From positions 384,958,001 through 385,022,000 of the forward strand of contig OZ024740.1 of NCBI GenBank assembly GCA_964016885.1: a stretch of DNA of 64,000 nucleotides, given 5' to 3'. Each line of letters opens with the position of its first letter. Within the stretch, counting starts at the first letter, position 1. Origin of the DNA: Eledone cirrhosa (Eukaryota). Under the pieces are notes generated by a model. That model ran no database searches. It was not told the origin of the DNA and worked only from the letters and a program-made list of their open reading frames with translations. Positions 24,243-39,924 of the stretch are shown here, piece after piece. A program made the position numbers and the translations under genes.

Positions 24243-24616
24243 TCGTGAGATATTCAGACGGATTATATTCTGGATTTTCCTCGCATTATTCTTGGGTTAT
24301 TAGCAAGTGAAACTACGTCGAAAAAGCATTTTTGAAGTGAAATTCTAAATAGAAAATACAGAAATTTAACAGTTTGAAAAAATATATATATATAATCAGT
24401 GAAGAAATTTTGTTTTGTTTCATTTTTTGTCTCAGTTGTTTGTTGATACCGCTTGTAAATAAACAAAATGGCAGAAAAACGAAAACAAACAAGCTTTTAC
24501 ATATAGTAAACAATGGGGAAAAAACGAGGAAAAAGTATTGTAAAAGAAAATACCAATATTTGGAAAGAAAAAACAATGACATATCTAGTGCATTTAATAT
24601 GACTGAAAACAACATT

Positions 24617-24790
24617 GGCGGTGGGTTGGCAGAAATGTTAGAGCATTAGACAAATTGTTTTGCATATTTAGTCATGGAATATTACTTTCTGTGTCAAATC
24701 AAGCTTTCAACTGTCTTTCACCCTTCCCGGGTCGATGTTATCGACTTTCAACTTCTATCAAACTGTTAGCTCTGTACCTCAATTAGAAAT
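24617..24790 (+). mobile_element. Degenerate tRNA-derived SINE
   Basis: ggcggtgggttggcagaaatgttagagc head, ctttcacccttcccgggtcgat centre, ttagaaa tail. Confidence 0.6.
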
Positions 24791-26506
24791 GAATATAAAT
24801 GAAAACGATGTTGACAATACAAACACACAGCTATGCACAGCTATGCACACACAATTTTAACAAGTATATTTTTGTTATAAGCAGGGCCCATTCAAAGAAA
24901 CCAATTTGATAGGAGTGTATCACTAATCATTTTATCTCTTTCATTGGTATTTTATTAAAAAATAGACAATGAGACGGTTAACATACTTATAGTCTATGAA
25001 AGGCAATTTGAAGAATGTTCTTACCGAGAATTATAGCGTCCATGCGGTAAGTGAACGTCTGCTATTCGAAACCACGATTGAGGCAAAACGTCAAGTGGAG
25101 ATAGTGAGACATATAGTCAGTCTTAGGCTTGCAACCTCAGCGCCACATAATAGTGACAACAATGACAATCATACAGACGTCTGGCTCATTTTCCTCTTTG
25201 TGTTTTGTTTTAAATTAACAGCTCTTTATATTATTCACTGGGACAAACTCAGTTACTTATACCTTAATGATGCGAGCCCTGATTGTGTGGAGGAATGCTC
25301 TCGTGCATGCATAACTCCAGACGGAAGCCGCCTTGTGGTCTCAGTGGGAAGAATGGAGAAAGCGTTACCCCATAGGATAGTGTGGGTGATGTGTTGAAAA
25401 TAGCCAGTCCATCTCGAGTCCAATAGCAGTGAGTAAAGGGTAGTACGGGGACCAAAAACGCCAGAATACCCCACTGCTACAGATTCGATAACAAGCCTTT
25501 CGGAAAGCGGCTTTACTTTATAGAGGCATGTGGCTTAGTGGTTAAGTTATTCGGTTCACGATCGTGAGGTCTTGAGTTCGATTCCTCTTCAGATCTGTCG
25601 GCATACTGAACTCGAGCATGATTCTTCATTTTACGTTGCACCAGTGGCCATAAATTATCATCCCTTTCGACAATATTAACGATATCAAAAGTTCTAGTAA
25701 TAGAACAAAATGATCTATTTCTGAGCCCCCCTCTTGTTTTTTTACAACTGGATTAGGCGGAGCTGTCCTTGCTTGAAACATCCTTTCTGATGGGCTTCTG
25801 TGATGTCTGATTGAGCCTGGAACCATGTTACTGTAAAGTGAAGGTTTTAACCATATCATCATCTCTGTGGCCACAGTATTGCCATTTCATAGCATATGCT
25901 ACACTTAAACTAATAAGTAACCTAGTAATGTCTATAGAGAAGTTATTCCATCTCATTCCAGTTGAAATATTACAAATGGTATAATGGATTTACTTTTATA
26001 TGCCATAACATTTTCAATTCAACATCTAAGTCGCTGTAATTCCTTAGCTTTCAGTATGATTCTGCATAACGTTACAGACAATTGGTGATCATGCGTCCAT
26101 TATTATCACTGTACTGTCATTTTTGTAATGGAAAATGTTGACAATTTTGTTGACTGCTAAATGATGATACGTCTTTATGCTAAAATTGATTAGAAACTTC
26201 TATTTGTTATTACCTAATGCAGGTATAAATTTGTATGAAAACTACATACTTTTTCTTAAAAATGTGAATCTAGGTAGTTGTAGTTACAGTAGCTTTGTTA
26301 TACTTTTCACATTTCCAAGTAACGCTCCTGAGAACTACACGAGAAAGCACGTCACTGCGACATTTATAATCTATAGCAATTATATAGCTAACCCAGCTTA
26401 TGTGCCCTGTTGTGTTGTCTTATACCTGCATAAGGGATAGTATGAACACTATGCTGATGATATACGTCATAATATGGAAGCTAAGGAAAATATAAATTTA
26501 TACTCA

Positions 26507-26560
<54 letters not shown>

Positions 26561-26953
26561 GTATTCTATTTTCTCCTAGTTTATTTTACACCTAATTCTG
26601 TTTAGTTGACTGTATCTGGGCGATTACGCTGTCGAAATATTCGATAAATATTCCGCTACGGCCGACGCGAAGGGCTAGTTTTGGTTATTTGTCGGAGATT
26701 TCTTCATAGAAGCCTCATTCTTATAGCCTGGTCTATTCGATTTTTTATATAGTTAATTATGCTAATTGGGAGAGGAAAAAGTATATATTTTATCTTGTAA
26801 CTCTATAGACATGTTTTATGATATATAGCTCTGATTATTTAATTTATTAATTTTTCGTTGAGCCTCAAAGTGACCAGTTGCAAAACACGTATATGTATAT
26901 ATATGTATATATATATGTAAACTTTTATATATATATATCTATACTGTATATTT

Positions 26954-27038
<85 letters not shown>

Positions 27039-27151
27039 TATAGTAATAATAATAAAATTGAAGACTAAAATCCAAAGAGGGCTCGATAAGGAAAATATAT
27101 ATCAAATATATAAGAACCGAAGAGCAAATATTTATTAAAATAACAGATTAA

Positions 27152-27202
27152 AGTTTAAGCAAAGAATCGCTGCTTTCACCCTTAACGGGATCTTCTGAAA
27201 CT
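27152..27202 (-). ncRNA. Hammerhead-like fold with CAGAAGA core (inverted twin of 28091-28141)
   Basis: Exact reverse complement of 28091-28141. Confidence 0.6.
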
Positions 27203-28090
27203 AACAAAGTCAATCTGTAAACGCAGAACTGGATATTTCAAAAAACGTTGCAACCGGAGGAAGACAGGAAGACGATACTTTGGTTCGTGGAACGTTCGCT
27301 GGCAAAGAACGGGAAAAAACAAATAATACGTCATTATTTGGAGCGGTGAAAAAATATTAAAAGCAAAGACAAAACCACGTTTATGGTAAAAAGGTCGTAG
27401 ACTAATGTTCTCTAAGTGGTGCATAGAGACGTTCTCTGGTAATGAACAAAAAAACGAAGATAATAAGTCATATGTGGAGCGTGGAGAACAATAGCATGCA
27501 AAGACAAAACCACGTAAATGGTATAGCAGAAGTTGTAGACTAAAATTCTAATTAGGGGACCGAATGAATCTCCGCTACAGAGTTAAGAACAAAGTAAATA
27601 AATACAATACAGAAGTAATAGAAACAAATAAATACATACACGCAAACAGATACGTACATACACAAGCATACGCAAAACCTTACCATAGGTATACAAAACC
27701 ACTCACATATAAATATGTGTATGTGTGTATGCTTGTTTGTAAACATAAATTGCACAAAACTTTCCTGTATTACAGCCCCACGTTATACCCTAACGGATAG
27801 CACGATCTATACGTGGATATTTTACTTCTTGATGTGGGAGCTAAGTATATGTTTTGTTTATTCCTTTACTTATTTGCATAGGTAAGTATATATTACCCGT
27901 ATGTTTTGTGAAGGCATGTATTCCTTCTCGTACGTATATTTGACTGTTATGGCGTATAATTTTTACATATTCTGGTATTTAGGGTTTGGTTATGTGTATA
28001 TGGGAGTTTTGCGTCTGCGTGAGTATGCAGGTTCGTACGTCAAGCCGTTTTTTGAAATATCCAGTTCTGCGTTTACAGATTGACTTTGTT

Positions 28091-28141
28091 AGTTTCAGAA
28101 GATCCCGTTAAGGGTGAAAGCAGCGATTCTTTGCTTAAACT
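28091..28141 (+). ncRNA. Hammerhead-like fold with CAGAAGA core (U4A) and UU at the cleavage position
   Basis: agttt-CAGAAGA-t-ccc-gttaa-ggg-t-GAAA-gca-gcgattctt-tgc-TT-aaact. All three helices pair. Confidence 0.62.
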
Positions 28142-28161
28142 TTAATCTGTTATTTTAATAA

Positions 28162-28227
<66 letters not shown>

Positions 28228-28230
<3 letters not shown>

Positions 28231-28539
28231 TCAGCCAATGACCTCCAACCATCACAATCCCCACTCTCCCCACCACCAGAAAATGTATAAATACCACCAT
28301 ATGACATTGACAGTCGGCTTTCCTGATGATTTCCTCCGAATGAAACAGTTCTAATCCTGTAGAACCCATTTCTATATTAAATATATATATATATATTTAA
28401 TATAGCAATGGCTTCTACGGGATTAGAACTGTTTCAGTATATGTAAAGCCGATTGTCAATGTCATATGGTGGTATTTATACATTTACTGGTTGTAGGAGA
28501 GAGTGGTGATTGTGATGGGAGGAGGTCATTGGCTGATAA
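28228..28539. mobile_element. Tail-to-tail inverted pair of family B repeats around a short TA spacer
   Basis: 28228-28384 and 28393-28539 are diverged reverse complements. The right copy lacks CTGATGA and helix II. Confidence 0.82.
28316..28367 (+). ncRNA. Type I hammerhead ribozyme (family B)
   Basis: ggctttc-CTGATGA-t-ttc-ctcc-gaa-t-GAAA-cag-ttctaatc-ctg-TA-gaaccc. Sibling copies have gaagcc. Confidence 0.82.
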
Positions 28540-28540
28540 G

Positions 28541-28659
<119 letters not shown>

Positions 28660-31600
28660 ATTATATGATTTTAGGCGTATGCACATGTATATGTATGTAC
28701 ATATGCATATTGAATGCGTATATGCATATGTGTGTGTATACGTGTATATATGCGAGTATATGTATGTATACATTTGTGCGTGCCCATGCAACCGCATTTG
28801 CACCTACATATGTACATGCACATATGCACATGTATATGTGTATGTGTCTGTATAATTTCCATACACTAAATCTTCGTTTACGCATGCATCCAGGCTGGTC
28901 AACGCATAATCATTTTACTATTATTAGCATCATTTTCGATATAAGGTAGCTGGAAATTATTCGGCTATTCTAAATAGTATATAAGTCTCCTGAATTTTGT
29001 ATACCAAGAATATGATTTTTTTCATGGCACGAACATCTGTTTCTATAGCAAGAATCTGTTGTTCTCGCTCTACATAATGATACATTTCGCCCAACTCAAG
29101 GGAACGTCTTCACGCGCTACCATTATGTCTCCCTGTTTTCTAAAGGCGATATTTACTCGTAATGTTTTCGAAATATTTACTTCTGCGTCTTTAGATTGAT
29201 TTTTCCTCAGTTTATATATATATATATATGCTAATGACATCACGAATCAAAAATAAAATATTTTCTTTCGTTTGCTTTTTCTATCAATCTTGAGTGCAAA
29301 ATCTCGGGTAGATGTTGATCCATGATCCAAGCGGAGAGATTTTTAAAGGTATTACTTCAGAGGGTATCGAACGAGGTTCGTCTAACGAGCCAGTCCAACT
29401 TGCGAAGCTGATTCTTGGAACAATTCCATACCGATCGCAATAAGTTGAAAGGTGGTTTAGAGATCCCCGACGCTATGGTTTTGATGTTAAACCAATCAGA
29501 AAGCGACCTGCCGCAGTTAAAATCTATTTGAACGATAATCTTTCTTTTCATCATATTTGCATGGATGTGAAGCAGTTGTTCGTGTCACCAGGAAAGGTAG
29601 AGAGCAGCATCCGCCTTCTTAAAATCTATTCTCACAGTTAATAGTTCTCTGTTAATTTCTTTCTTTGGAACGTATTGTCAATAAATGTCAAATCTGTTAT
29701 ATGTTGCGGCATTTTTATTAGATGTCTAATGATCCGCTCTATAGAGCCTTATACATGCAGCTTTCTATTTGAATAATACGAAAGTGTAATCTATGAATAG
29801 AGCACTATTCATAGATTAATAGTGCTGCTAATGTTCGTGTTATTCAAATTGGTTTCTCGAATTATTTTAATTTTGTTAAAATCATAATTCTTTATTTTCT
29901 TTCATACCGTTTTCACACATATAATTTGGCTCTCATCTAAGCCAGATTAAATGCAAAATTGTTCCATTCACCTGCCATGCCTTTCACTATCCGATCCAGA
30001 GCAATTATTGCTATTGGTCTGAAAGGTGTTGAAGTTCTTCATTGTGACACGCCATGCTATTTTTCTACTTAATATTGCAAATCAGTTGTTATACGTACGA
30101 ATCTGACTCATTGTAGTGTCAACTTTCTATATTTGTTTAGTGCAAATGACCTTTAATATCTTCACTAAATTGTTTGACAATACTAAAGATACTCTTAGGC
30201 TAACAAACATTTTTGTATGTGGTTTTGTATAAAGATTAAAATTGTCTTAGCTCCGACTAATGATGTGTCTTGAAGTACCAAAATCTTAAAATGTAGAGTT
30301 TGCGTGATAAAGTGGTGTGAGGTGTTTGCTCCATTAGGCAGGTTTCAGGACGAAATTTATACTTGGAGATAATGAGGAATACACTAGTATATCACGAAAT
30401 TAACACATGGATAATGTTCAATATCGATTTCGGCATTTCTGTAGCCTTGTTAAGAAAATGAGAACAATCAGAAATTGTGTTTACCAAACCAGGTGACTTC
30501 AGAGATAAATGAAGACTGATGACCTCAAACAGAACTTGAAATTGTTGAACATGTGTTGGGGGGTGGAGAGGTTCAAAAAGCGGAAGGAAAATGAACATTG
30601 AGAAATATGGAAAGGGACCATATGTAAACCTTTGTTACTAACGCCCATCTAAGAGGAAGTTAAGTGATGATAATATTAAATGCTATGTAAATACAGAGGT
30701 GCGTAAGTATGTAGCATGATCTGCGAAATTGGATTATGGACAATGAGATATTTATGTCGATGTGGAATAGTGTGTACAGTTTTAATGTTAATAGAAAGCA
30801 GTGTGTTAGACCAAAGTAAAATCGAAGTTACTGGGTACAAGAAACGTAAGCAATTAGTGAAGAGCCCTACTCAACCTGTTATAGCCATCAATCTCAGCAC
30901 GTTCCGAGTGTTTGGAACATAACTTCTAACTTTTTCATGGCACCCAATGCCCTAGTAGTGTTCTTAAATAACGCGGTGTGTTACTATTTAGGATTGGGCT
31001 TTCTTAAAACAACAATTTATTTTATCTAGTTGAGTTATCTTAATTTGTTATGGATTTATACTGATTATGTTGATGGTACATCAAGTCTAATGTTTGCATT
31101 TAAATTCAACATCCTCACCATTCTACATAAAGTGATCAAGGTCCAGTAATAGTCGAGGTCACGTACGTTGTGTTCCTTGTCATTAAGGAAATATCCCACA
31201 TCCATATGTTCAGTACAAAAGATAGCAATATTCCTAATTAAAATTGTTGTAACCTAGGCACATTATCTAGTCTTAATGCATAGTTTAAAGTTATGCTATC
31301 TAACCTCACTAAAATCAATGTCATGCAAGCCAAATAGACCTAATGTGAGGCATTAATAGTATAAAGGATTAATTAACCAGGGCAGAGCAATGGGCTTTCA
31401 GAGAGACGAGAGGCAAATAGATGCGTAGCAAATATACGACATTCAACTAAATTTCTGTTTTAGTTATTTTTAGCCTAATTTGAGGAGAGAAGAAATGCTA
31501 GATCAAGATGATGACATGAGTTGAGATAGAACGATATCAAAGGATTAGAAGTAGAAAAACATAACAACTTGCAATAAGTAGTAACTATATTTCCCTTATA

Positions 31601-32499
31601 TCATTTTTTTTAAGTGGAGGGCACATTGTATAATGCAGTACTAGACATGCTATGCTTGAGAGAAAAGACAGAATATTCATGACTGGAATATATTTGAGCA
31701 CAGATCTATTCAATCAGGGTTACCTGTGGCTAAAGAAAATATATAAATTTTATATTTTGTTACCGATTTTCCATTGTAATTTACTCTACGAAATATCTAA
31801 CCAAACTGCAGCACCTTCTTTTTCGATTTTTTCGAAAAAGAGAAGTACTGTTTGCTAAGTCGTCACTCATGCTTCAGCAACTGCAGCATCGAAATGGTGA
31901 ATGGTCTTGGCACACAATCATTCTTTTTTGTTCAAAAACGTTTGGGTGTTGAAACATCTGCCAAACTTTATCGACACAGAGTTAGCGTGGTCTTCGTTCG
32001 CTATGCAATCTTCTATTTGACTAAGCAAGAGTCTGAGGTCAAGCTAAGACAAGAGAGAGATGAACACGCTCTAAATTGATGCTAACCCTAACGGCACCAA
32101 AGCTGCTGAACGAAAGTAGGTGACGGACATATTATTGTAAATTTCTAGAGAGTGTAAGTACAAAATATGGGATGGGTGAGAATACTCCGAGCAACAAAAT
32201 AGTTTCAGCAAGTGGTCTTTTCTCCCGGAAGACATTTAGCTAAATGATTATGTAGAGTTTTCAAACATCGTTAGTCAATCGAAGTTACCGAAAAACATTT
32301 ATTTGGTTATTTTACTATTTTACAGAATATTATTTGTCTCTTACATATACGATATTTAAAAAAAACAATTTGCAGGACTAATACAACACCCCATACGTTT
32401 CTCTGTCAAGCTTTCGTTCTTTTTTAATAGTCTGTCTCTGTACCCTTTGGCCAAATAAATAAACGAACACCGTCATCATTATCATCAACAGCAGCAAAG

Positions 32500-32563
32500 T
32501 AGTAGTGGCGGTGGTGGTGGTAGTGGTGGTAGTAGTAGTAGTTATTGTAGTAGCAGCAGCAGC

Positions 32564-32611
<48 letters not shown>
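32500..32611. repeat. (TAG)n/(TGG)n trinucleotide repeat
   Basis: Seen directly. Confidence 0.92.
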
Positions 32612-32612
<1 letters not shown>

Positions 32613-32717
32613 TCAGAGTTCGATATATAGGAAATAAAATGAAAATATAATGGTTTTATCCCATTCTTTATCATTTTCAGGAAATACTCTTTTAGTTACT
32701 CTTGGATAAAATACTAA

Positions 32718-34130
<1,413 letters not shown>

Positions 34131-34485
34131 GTATAATCTTGGCCAAACATAAAGTAAATCGTATATTAAAATTCTTTCCTTCTAGACAATACTCAATTGT
34201 CGTAAATACTGTTTCAAGTTTTCGATTTTTATAAAAATTTCATTCACTGATCACTTTGTCTTTTGTTGCATCAAGATATACACTCGCAGATGTTTCCCTT
34301 ATTTCTCTATGAATATTCTTTATTTTATATCTTTGAATCTATATCTTTAAAAAAATGATAATATTAATAATAATAAAGAAATAAACGACTATAGAAGACC
34401 AGGCTTGAATTGAAAGAAAAACATTTTAACAAAACTAAGCAGCGTTTGTATTGTAAATGTTTTGATTCTGATCAACATGCTGTAA

Positions 34486-34520
<35 letters not shown>

Positions 34521-36169
34521 TATCGACCACAGTACTTCTTCACATGAACAGCAACACGGTGAGAGGGGAATATCGTTTATATCTGCTCTAGTACTTAACT
34601 CGTGCTTTACTTTATCGATCCCATGAAGATGAAAGGTGAAGTTAACTGACCGGAGAAGAGTACATGTACGAATGTCTCTTAGATGAAAGTCATGGTAGGA
34701 AAATATACGCAGCTGATGTATTACACAACTGTCTACACATGTGTGAAGCAGTATATAGAGAGACGAAACACATGCGACACGGAATTAAGATTGTCAATTG
34801 CCTAGACTTGAACGCAAAAATATTTAGAATAGACCATGAACACACTTTCGACCTCACTCACCAGACCCGTAGCGTACAATGAACTCATAATTCAAAAATC
34901 ATTCCGCGTCCCAACCCTTGGCTCATTGTCACCTTTACAGAAAAATATAGGCAAGTGTTGCCTGTGACATGCAACATGTAGCAAGGAAGAATTTAAATCA
35001 CTATTTGGGTCCTGTTGACACCCTTGATGCAGAGTAAAAAGCCTATTTGCTACATGGAAAATGAGCTACTTGAGGATTTTCTGTCTAAGGTTAAAGGAAA
35101 ATCAGTTGAGAACAAATTTTGAGAACACAACAAAAGAGGTAATTATAATGACAGTGAGTGATGGGCTGCCAGAATGCTAGAGTATCAGAAATATCGCTAC
35201 AAATTCTAGCTTCATTCCAGGAGCTGAAAGAGTTGTTGAACATGCTTTTCTGGAATTGGAACGGAAGCTAAAATGCTCAACTGGAGATATGATTGATGAC
35301 TCCACTGGCCATGTCTCTAGAGCTCTTAAACATTTCTTGTAGAAAGGTTCTTGACGTCAAAGGATGATGGACTGAGAAAGGGCCGTGCACGCTCATATGG
35401 AGAGTACTTGAGAGTAATAGGGAGCGAGGCAAACTTCATCATTCACGTCTTGTGGTATGACACAGTGGAGATGAAATTCCTTTGGGAAAGTCATAAACTC
35501 TACCGTCATGAAGAGCGTTTAATTTCCCTAAATGAATACACACGGGTGGCATTACCGCAACCACAACAACATGTTCTGCATTAGTAACAACAACTGCAGC
35601 AGTATTAACAACATCAGCAACAGCAACAGTTTTAGTCGATAACATACAGATGTGTTTCGACTTACGCAATGGTCATAGTTGAGGAGGACGGCAATTACCG
35701 TTGTCCTACTAAAAAGAAAAATAGGAGTTTCAACGGATCGCACAAAGCAAGCAGAGCTGCCTCCTGTCGCTGCAAGAACAGTTTATACAAGAAAAACAGT
35801 CAATCACACAATTAGAACATAACAAAACCCGAGCAAACCCACAGCAAAAAGAACACTTCAACAAAAACTGCAATAACAACCAGCAACTGACCGCTATTGG
35901 ATATTATTGATTCATTATTTAATACAAACCAATAATAGAATAGTCGTGTAATCGTATTCCTAACCGAATGCAATTTGTTCTAACAAACTTGTATGAGGCA
36001 CAGTCCTCATTGCCATGATATTCCCAGAAATTGTTATTATTACGTCAACTCGATTGAAGCTGTTCCATCAATTCAAATTGATTTGCAGCATTGAAATTAT
36101 GTTAGAGTAATCAAAACACTAGCAGAAATTTATAAACAAAAGGAAAGGACATAGATTAAATCCCCTTAG

Positions 36170-38440
36170 AAGAAACAGTTACGATAAGGCTCTTTCTCTA
36201 CGTCACTCTTGAAATATATTTCTATTTGGTGACCTTAATGTTCATCACGTTGCTCATTCCAACACTGCTGATCTTGTTAACATACACATTTTCAAGGTTT
36301 CAGTCACTCATTCACGCACGCATATTGTCAATTCCCTTACCTGTTTTCCCGATAATTCCTATCAATATGTCTCTTTACCTGGCATCACAACTCAGTCTTC
36401 TTCGCAATTTGGATCATGTTTTGGCATCTGTCGATTACCAATGAACTGGTAGGATTCTGGGATTTTCTCCGTGATGCTCCTGATATTTTTAATCTTCTCA
36501 CTAATAATTTTACTACTGAGGTGTCTTCTTGGGTGAAAGCTAACATTGATGCGTGAGTGCTATTACAAGGTGAAATCTCAATCTCTTTGATTTACACATT
36601 CCTGCTTGGCTGTTATTGTCCACAGAAATCCATTTTCCGACACTATCAACGTGATCGCTCTGATCATTACAAAAGCCTATTTGAGAAAGTTCAAAACAAT
36701 TGTAAGCATGTCCTGAATGAGGCCAGGTCTTTGTTTGCCGACAGAATGAGAGACCGTATTTTGGCTCTCGGGATTACGATCAGTTATGTAACAAAATGTT
36801 GAATAGAGGTAAGCCCTCAATTACTCCTCTTTAAATCAATTTGTATTGTTAAAATCTATTGAAAAATTTGATTGCTTCGCTCAGAAATTCTCTTATAATT
36901 CTTCTCTTGACTCATCTGGAACATCTTTGCCTTACTTTCCCCTGATAAGTGATACACTACTGTGCGATATGCATGGCACTCCCTCCATTGTTTCTGATGT
37001 CATCTCAAATCTTGATCTCTATAAAACACGTAGTCCTGATAGCATTCCCGTCATACTTTTGCGGAATTGTTCTGAACAAGCTCCTCTTTTATTTAAACGT
37101 TGCAATTGCCTCGCTGATTCTTGCTTTCGATCTTTTTGTTGTTTCAGTTTTTATGAAATCTGCGGAATCGTCTAATCCTTTTATCACCCAATTAGTTTTG
37201 TTTCTTTTTTGTTAAACTTTTTGACAAACGATAATTGGTGAAGCACCTTGCCTCGTTGAGTGTATTATTTCAGATAAACGATATGGCTTTCGTTTCTCAC
37301 GATAAATTGTTATCTTATTAGTTATTACTAAGAAAGTCTGTTTATAAGGCTTTTAACAGGGTTTGACACGTTGGTCTCCTTCATACGTTTTAGGTTTGTG
37401 GTGTTTCTGGACGGAGTTTCAAATTAATTGAGTCTTTCTTATCAACTAGCGAGGTTGTCTCGAACAACTTGTCTTCAAGGTATTTCCGCATTAATGCAGG
37501 TGATCTTCAGAGCTCTATCCTGACTTTATACTGTACCTAATTTTCAACAATGACTTTTCCGATTAGATCTACTCTCAGCTTGGAATTAAACTGATGACAC
37601 AACTCTTTATTCTTATCTTAAGGGAAAGCCTTATATGTTTGATAAAGTTAAATTGGCAGTTGATCTTGACTATGACATTTAATCTGTTATTAAGTGGGGC
37701 AAGAAATAGCTTTTTAGCTTAAGTGCATCTAAGATTAATCTGCTAACTTTTACTCGCCATAGAGAACCACTATTACTTTCCATTAGTATGTAAATCTGTA
37801 CGCCTTCATCTTCCACTGATTTGAGCTGGAATGATTATATCACGTCGATTGCCAAGACTTGCCAAAACATTTTTCATGCCTGAATGTACATTATATCTTT
37901 ATAAATCTACAATTCGATATTTGTATTGAGTACTGTTGCCACATCCCGTTTGAGGCTGCTGCTGTTCAGCTTGGGAATCCAGACAAAATCCAAACCAAAG
38001 AATCATCAACATTATAATGTCAGCTTAGATCTTTTATCACACCGTTGAAATGTTGCATCCCTCTGCCTTTTCTATAGATATTCTCACAGAAATTGTTCTG
38101 AAATGTTCTTTCTTTTTTTCCCTGTCTGCATGAGTTTAAACGGACTACCAGATTTGGGACTTGGTCTCGCCCTTTTACAGTTGAGTTTCCTAAATACAAT
38201 CGCAAATTCTATTCTGTTAGTTGCTTCCCACGCACCTATCACATATAGCCTTCTCTTCCGGCTTCTTGCTTTCCTAACTAATACAAATTTCAAAAATTTA
38301 AAAGTAACAACAATCGTAGCTTCTTTCTCCTTCAATTATGTTCACTCTGTCTTGTCCTTTTCCCATCTCACTAACTCCTTGCATTTTAGTGACTTTATTG
38401 CTTTGCTTGAAGTGAGTAAATTAAGAAGAAATAATAATAA
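36170..38440 (+). mobile_element. Highly degenerate CR1/Jockey-group LINE ORF2 remnant
   Basis: FAQKFSYNSSLDSSG..LP.FP..VSDVISNLD.YK..SPDSIPVILLRNC, plus DNA-level remnants of QYGFR, INAG..Q.S.L, ADDTTLYSY and EYCCHI. Many indels. Confidence 0.75.
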
Positions 38441-39794
38441 TGCCAGGAGCCTACAGAAATCATGATGTTAAAATTCCCACATAACGTTGGAAATTTAAAG
38501 AGGAAAATTCCTAAGCAATGCCGCAGGGTCATTTTGGGAAACCGCGAAAACTTGATAACCTGGTTAAGCTGAATATCGAATAAGTGAGATCTTGAGTAAA
38601 CCGCAACGTCCTCAAAATCATATCTACATAGAGTTTGTGAGGTTGATGATTAAAGAGAGAGAAGAATGTTCTAAATTCCGGATGAACGGCTGCATAGTCA
38701 AACGAAGCAGAGACACAATTACTGAAACCTGAACGCGTTGTTTCTGGCATGGAAAACCTTCGACAACCGCATTGGCGACCAAGATGTTTGGGCTGCCGTT
38801 GTGACCGTTAACAAGTGGTGATGGATCTCTATAAAGTAAAATAAATCAGGTCTAAAAGGAAGTAGCCATAAACATCAATGGATAAGTGTGTAGTTTGCAG
38901 ATATTTGAGAAAGCATCACTACCAACAAGCTAGCGGTGAAAACGGCTTTCGATCATTTCTTAGTCACGAAACGCAAATTTAGCATTGTCAGTTAAGGACA
39001 ATTCTCATAGACGGAACAGTAAATATGCGTACTATTCGATTCCGGATTGACGTGTGAGTTTCTTGCAATACTTTACCTAACTGTTTGAACATAGTTGTAG
39101 ACCGGAGACGGTAAACTTTTTGTGCCTGTCTCGATTGTTTACCATAGTTCACAATTGAAAAAGTGTAGATTAAGAACAGCTAAAATACGATAAGTGAGAA
39201 GTGGTTGTACTAGGGGCGAATGATCAAGGTTTTATGGTCTGTCCTTTGAGATGTTTGATACAAGACAAATTGTTTCGCCCCTTTCTTGGCAGAAGTCTAT
39301 GGCTACTGATATATACTGAAACCTTTCAGCAGAGTTAATCAGGAGTGGTGGAAGTGAGTAGAAAGGCGACGAACAGCGGATGCATCCATAGAAGGTTTTG
39401 GTTCAGGTTTTCAGTTTAAGGTTTTGACTAAAGTGTTCGAGAAGAGGCGAGTCCTTATTGTCAATATTGTGGCTATGCGCACGTGTACCTTCAGACTTCT
39501 CAGCAGATCTATTTATGTTCATCTCTATTTCATTGGGTAGAAGCTGTGGTGGTGAAAAAAATTGTTTGATGGTAAACGTTGAAATTATTGAAGATAGACA
39601 CTTTCCGCTTCGGTCAAACAATCAACAACATGCAGAGAGGAATGAGTGCATTCACTGAAAAGTGAGTGCATGAATCGTCCTACTCTCAGTATACGTTTGT
39701 AGGTTAGGGAGTACAGCTATGACTGAAATTATCCATATCTGAAGAAATCCTTGCGTCACAATTAGAAACAATTAGAAACAATTATTATTATTGG

Positions 39795-39920
39795 TGGTTT
39801 AAGTTCTGAGTTCAAATCTCGCCGAGGTAAACTTTGCTTTTCATGCTTACGGGGTTGATAAAGCACCAATAATGCTTGGGGCAATTGCTGGCCTTGTGCC
39901 CACAATAGAAACATTATTGT
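39795..39920 (+). mobile_element. 5'-truncated tRNA-derived SINE
   Basis: gagttcaaatctcgccgagg..tttgcttttcatgcttacggggttgataaa..ggccttgtgcc..agaaacattatt. Confidence 0.85.
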
Positions 39921-39924
39921 TATT

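Larger units (their letters stand above)
27128..28165. mobile_element. 1038-bp ORF-less element with 120-bp inverted repeats, each holding a variant hammerhead
   Basis: 27128-27247 and 28046-28165 are reverse complements with no mismatch I could find. The right arm runs into (TA)n. Confidence 0.85.

Noticed and set aside
26614-26655. ctgggcga...gaaa-tatt..aata-tt as a hammerhead
   Set aside because: The core has wrong spacing and helices I and II do not pair.
29290-29640. Possible promoter or exon (ccaatcag motif, 65-aa ORF)
   Set aside because: A lone CCAAT match and a short ORF without homology are expected by chance.
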